A stretch of 64,000 bases of DNA. Origin: Candidatus Multivorans sp. (GTDB taxonomy: Bacteria; Acidobacteriota; Thermoanaerobaculia; Multivoradales; Multivoraceae). Location: positions 3,552,001-3,616,000 of the forward strand of contig OZ251997.1 of assembly GCA_965247095.1 (NCBI GenBank). The letters run 5' to 3'. The position numbers and the translations under genes are program-made. Of this stretch, positions 63,762 to 64,000 are shown one piece after another; positions within the stretch are counted from its first letter, which is position 1, and every line of letters starts with the position of its first letter. A model generated the notes under the pieces. It was not told where the DNA came from, did no database searches, and saw nothing but the letters and a program-made list of their open reading frames with translations.

Positions 63762-64000
63762 TGACGATAAATACCATAAAGAGTGATTTTACGGAAACCC
63801 ACTGTACCGCTTCGAGTGGGTGTGAGCAAGGTGTGGTCCGCGCCCGTGGAGGTGCGGCCGCTCGCATCCGGCGCCGCCGCGAAGCGCCGCCTCCCCCACC
63901 GTCAAGCATCCTCGCGTGTACTGAGCCACTGCATCGCGTTGACACGGCAACCGTCTACTTTGTACCGTTGCGCCTTCTCGCGGCGGCCATTGTCGGCTAA

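Noticed and set aside
63939-63968. TTGACA-N18-TACCGT sigma-70-like promoter
   Set aside because: It lies at the window edge with no visible downstream gene, so it is too weak to call.

Overview
Very GC-rich bacterial chromosome segment. Its gene content suggests an Acidobacteriota/Thermoanaerobaculia-like diderm (inference only). It is mostly housekeeping: prfA-prmC, dihydropyrimidinase plus a nitrilase-family ureidopropionase, a sigma-54 two-component pair, comF, tRNA-Sec and tRNA-Ala, moeA, tmk-holB, manC-trmB, lolA-tgt-yajC-secD-secF-rel, accBC-thiE, aroK, a ccm cluster that lacks ccmC, an ECF sigma/anti-sigma pair, proS, a CorC/HlyC protein and ilvA. Accessory and unexplained items stand out. 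(1) A coupled three-gene operon encodes a glutaminase-less asparagine-synthetase-like ligase, a RaSEA/TIGR01210-like radical SAM enzyme and a flavin halogenase-like enzyme; an iodotyrosine-deiodinase-family gene lies about 3 kb away. (2) A lower-GC two-gene cassette (small YHGYP protein plus a degenerate ImmA/IrrE-like protein) lies behind an IS1595-like transposase remnant. (3) An AbiE toxin is fused to a WYL domain and a Zn finger. (4) Diverged tandem duplications of the tRNA-Sec 3' half and of the manC 5' end look like integration scars. (5) There are several dispersed REP/MITE-like families. All calls come from motif recognition by eye; no database searches were run and many start codons are estimates.
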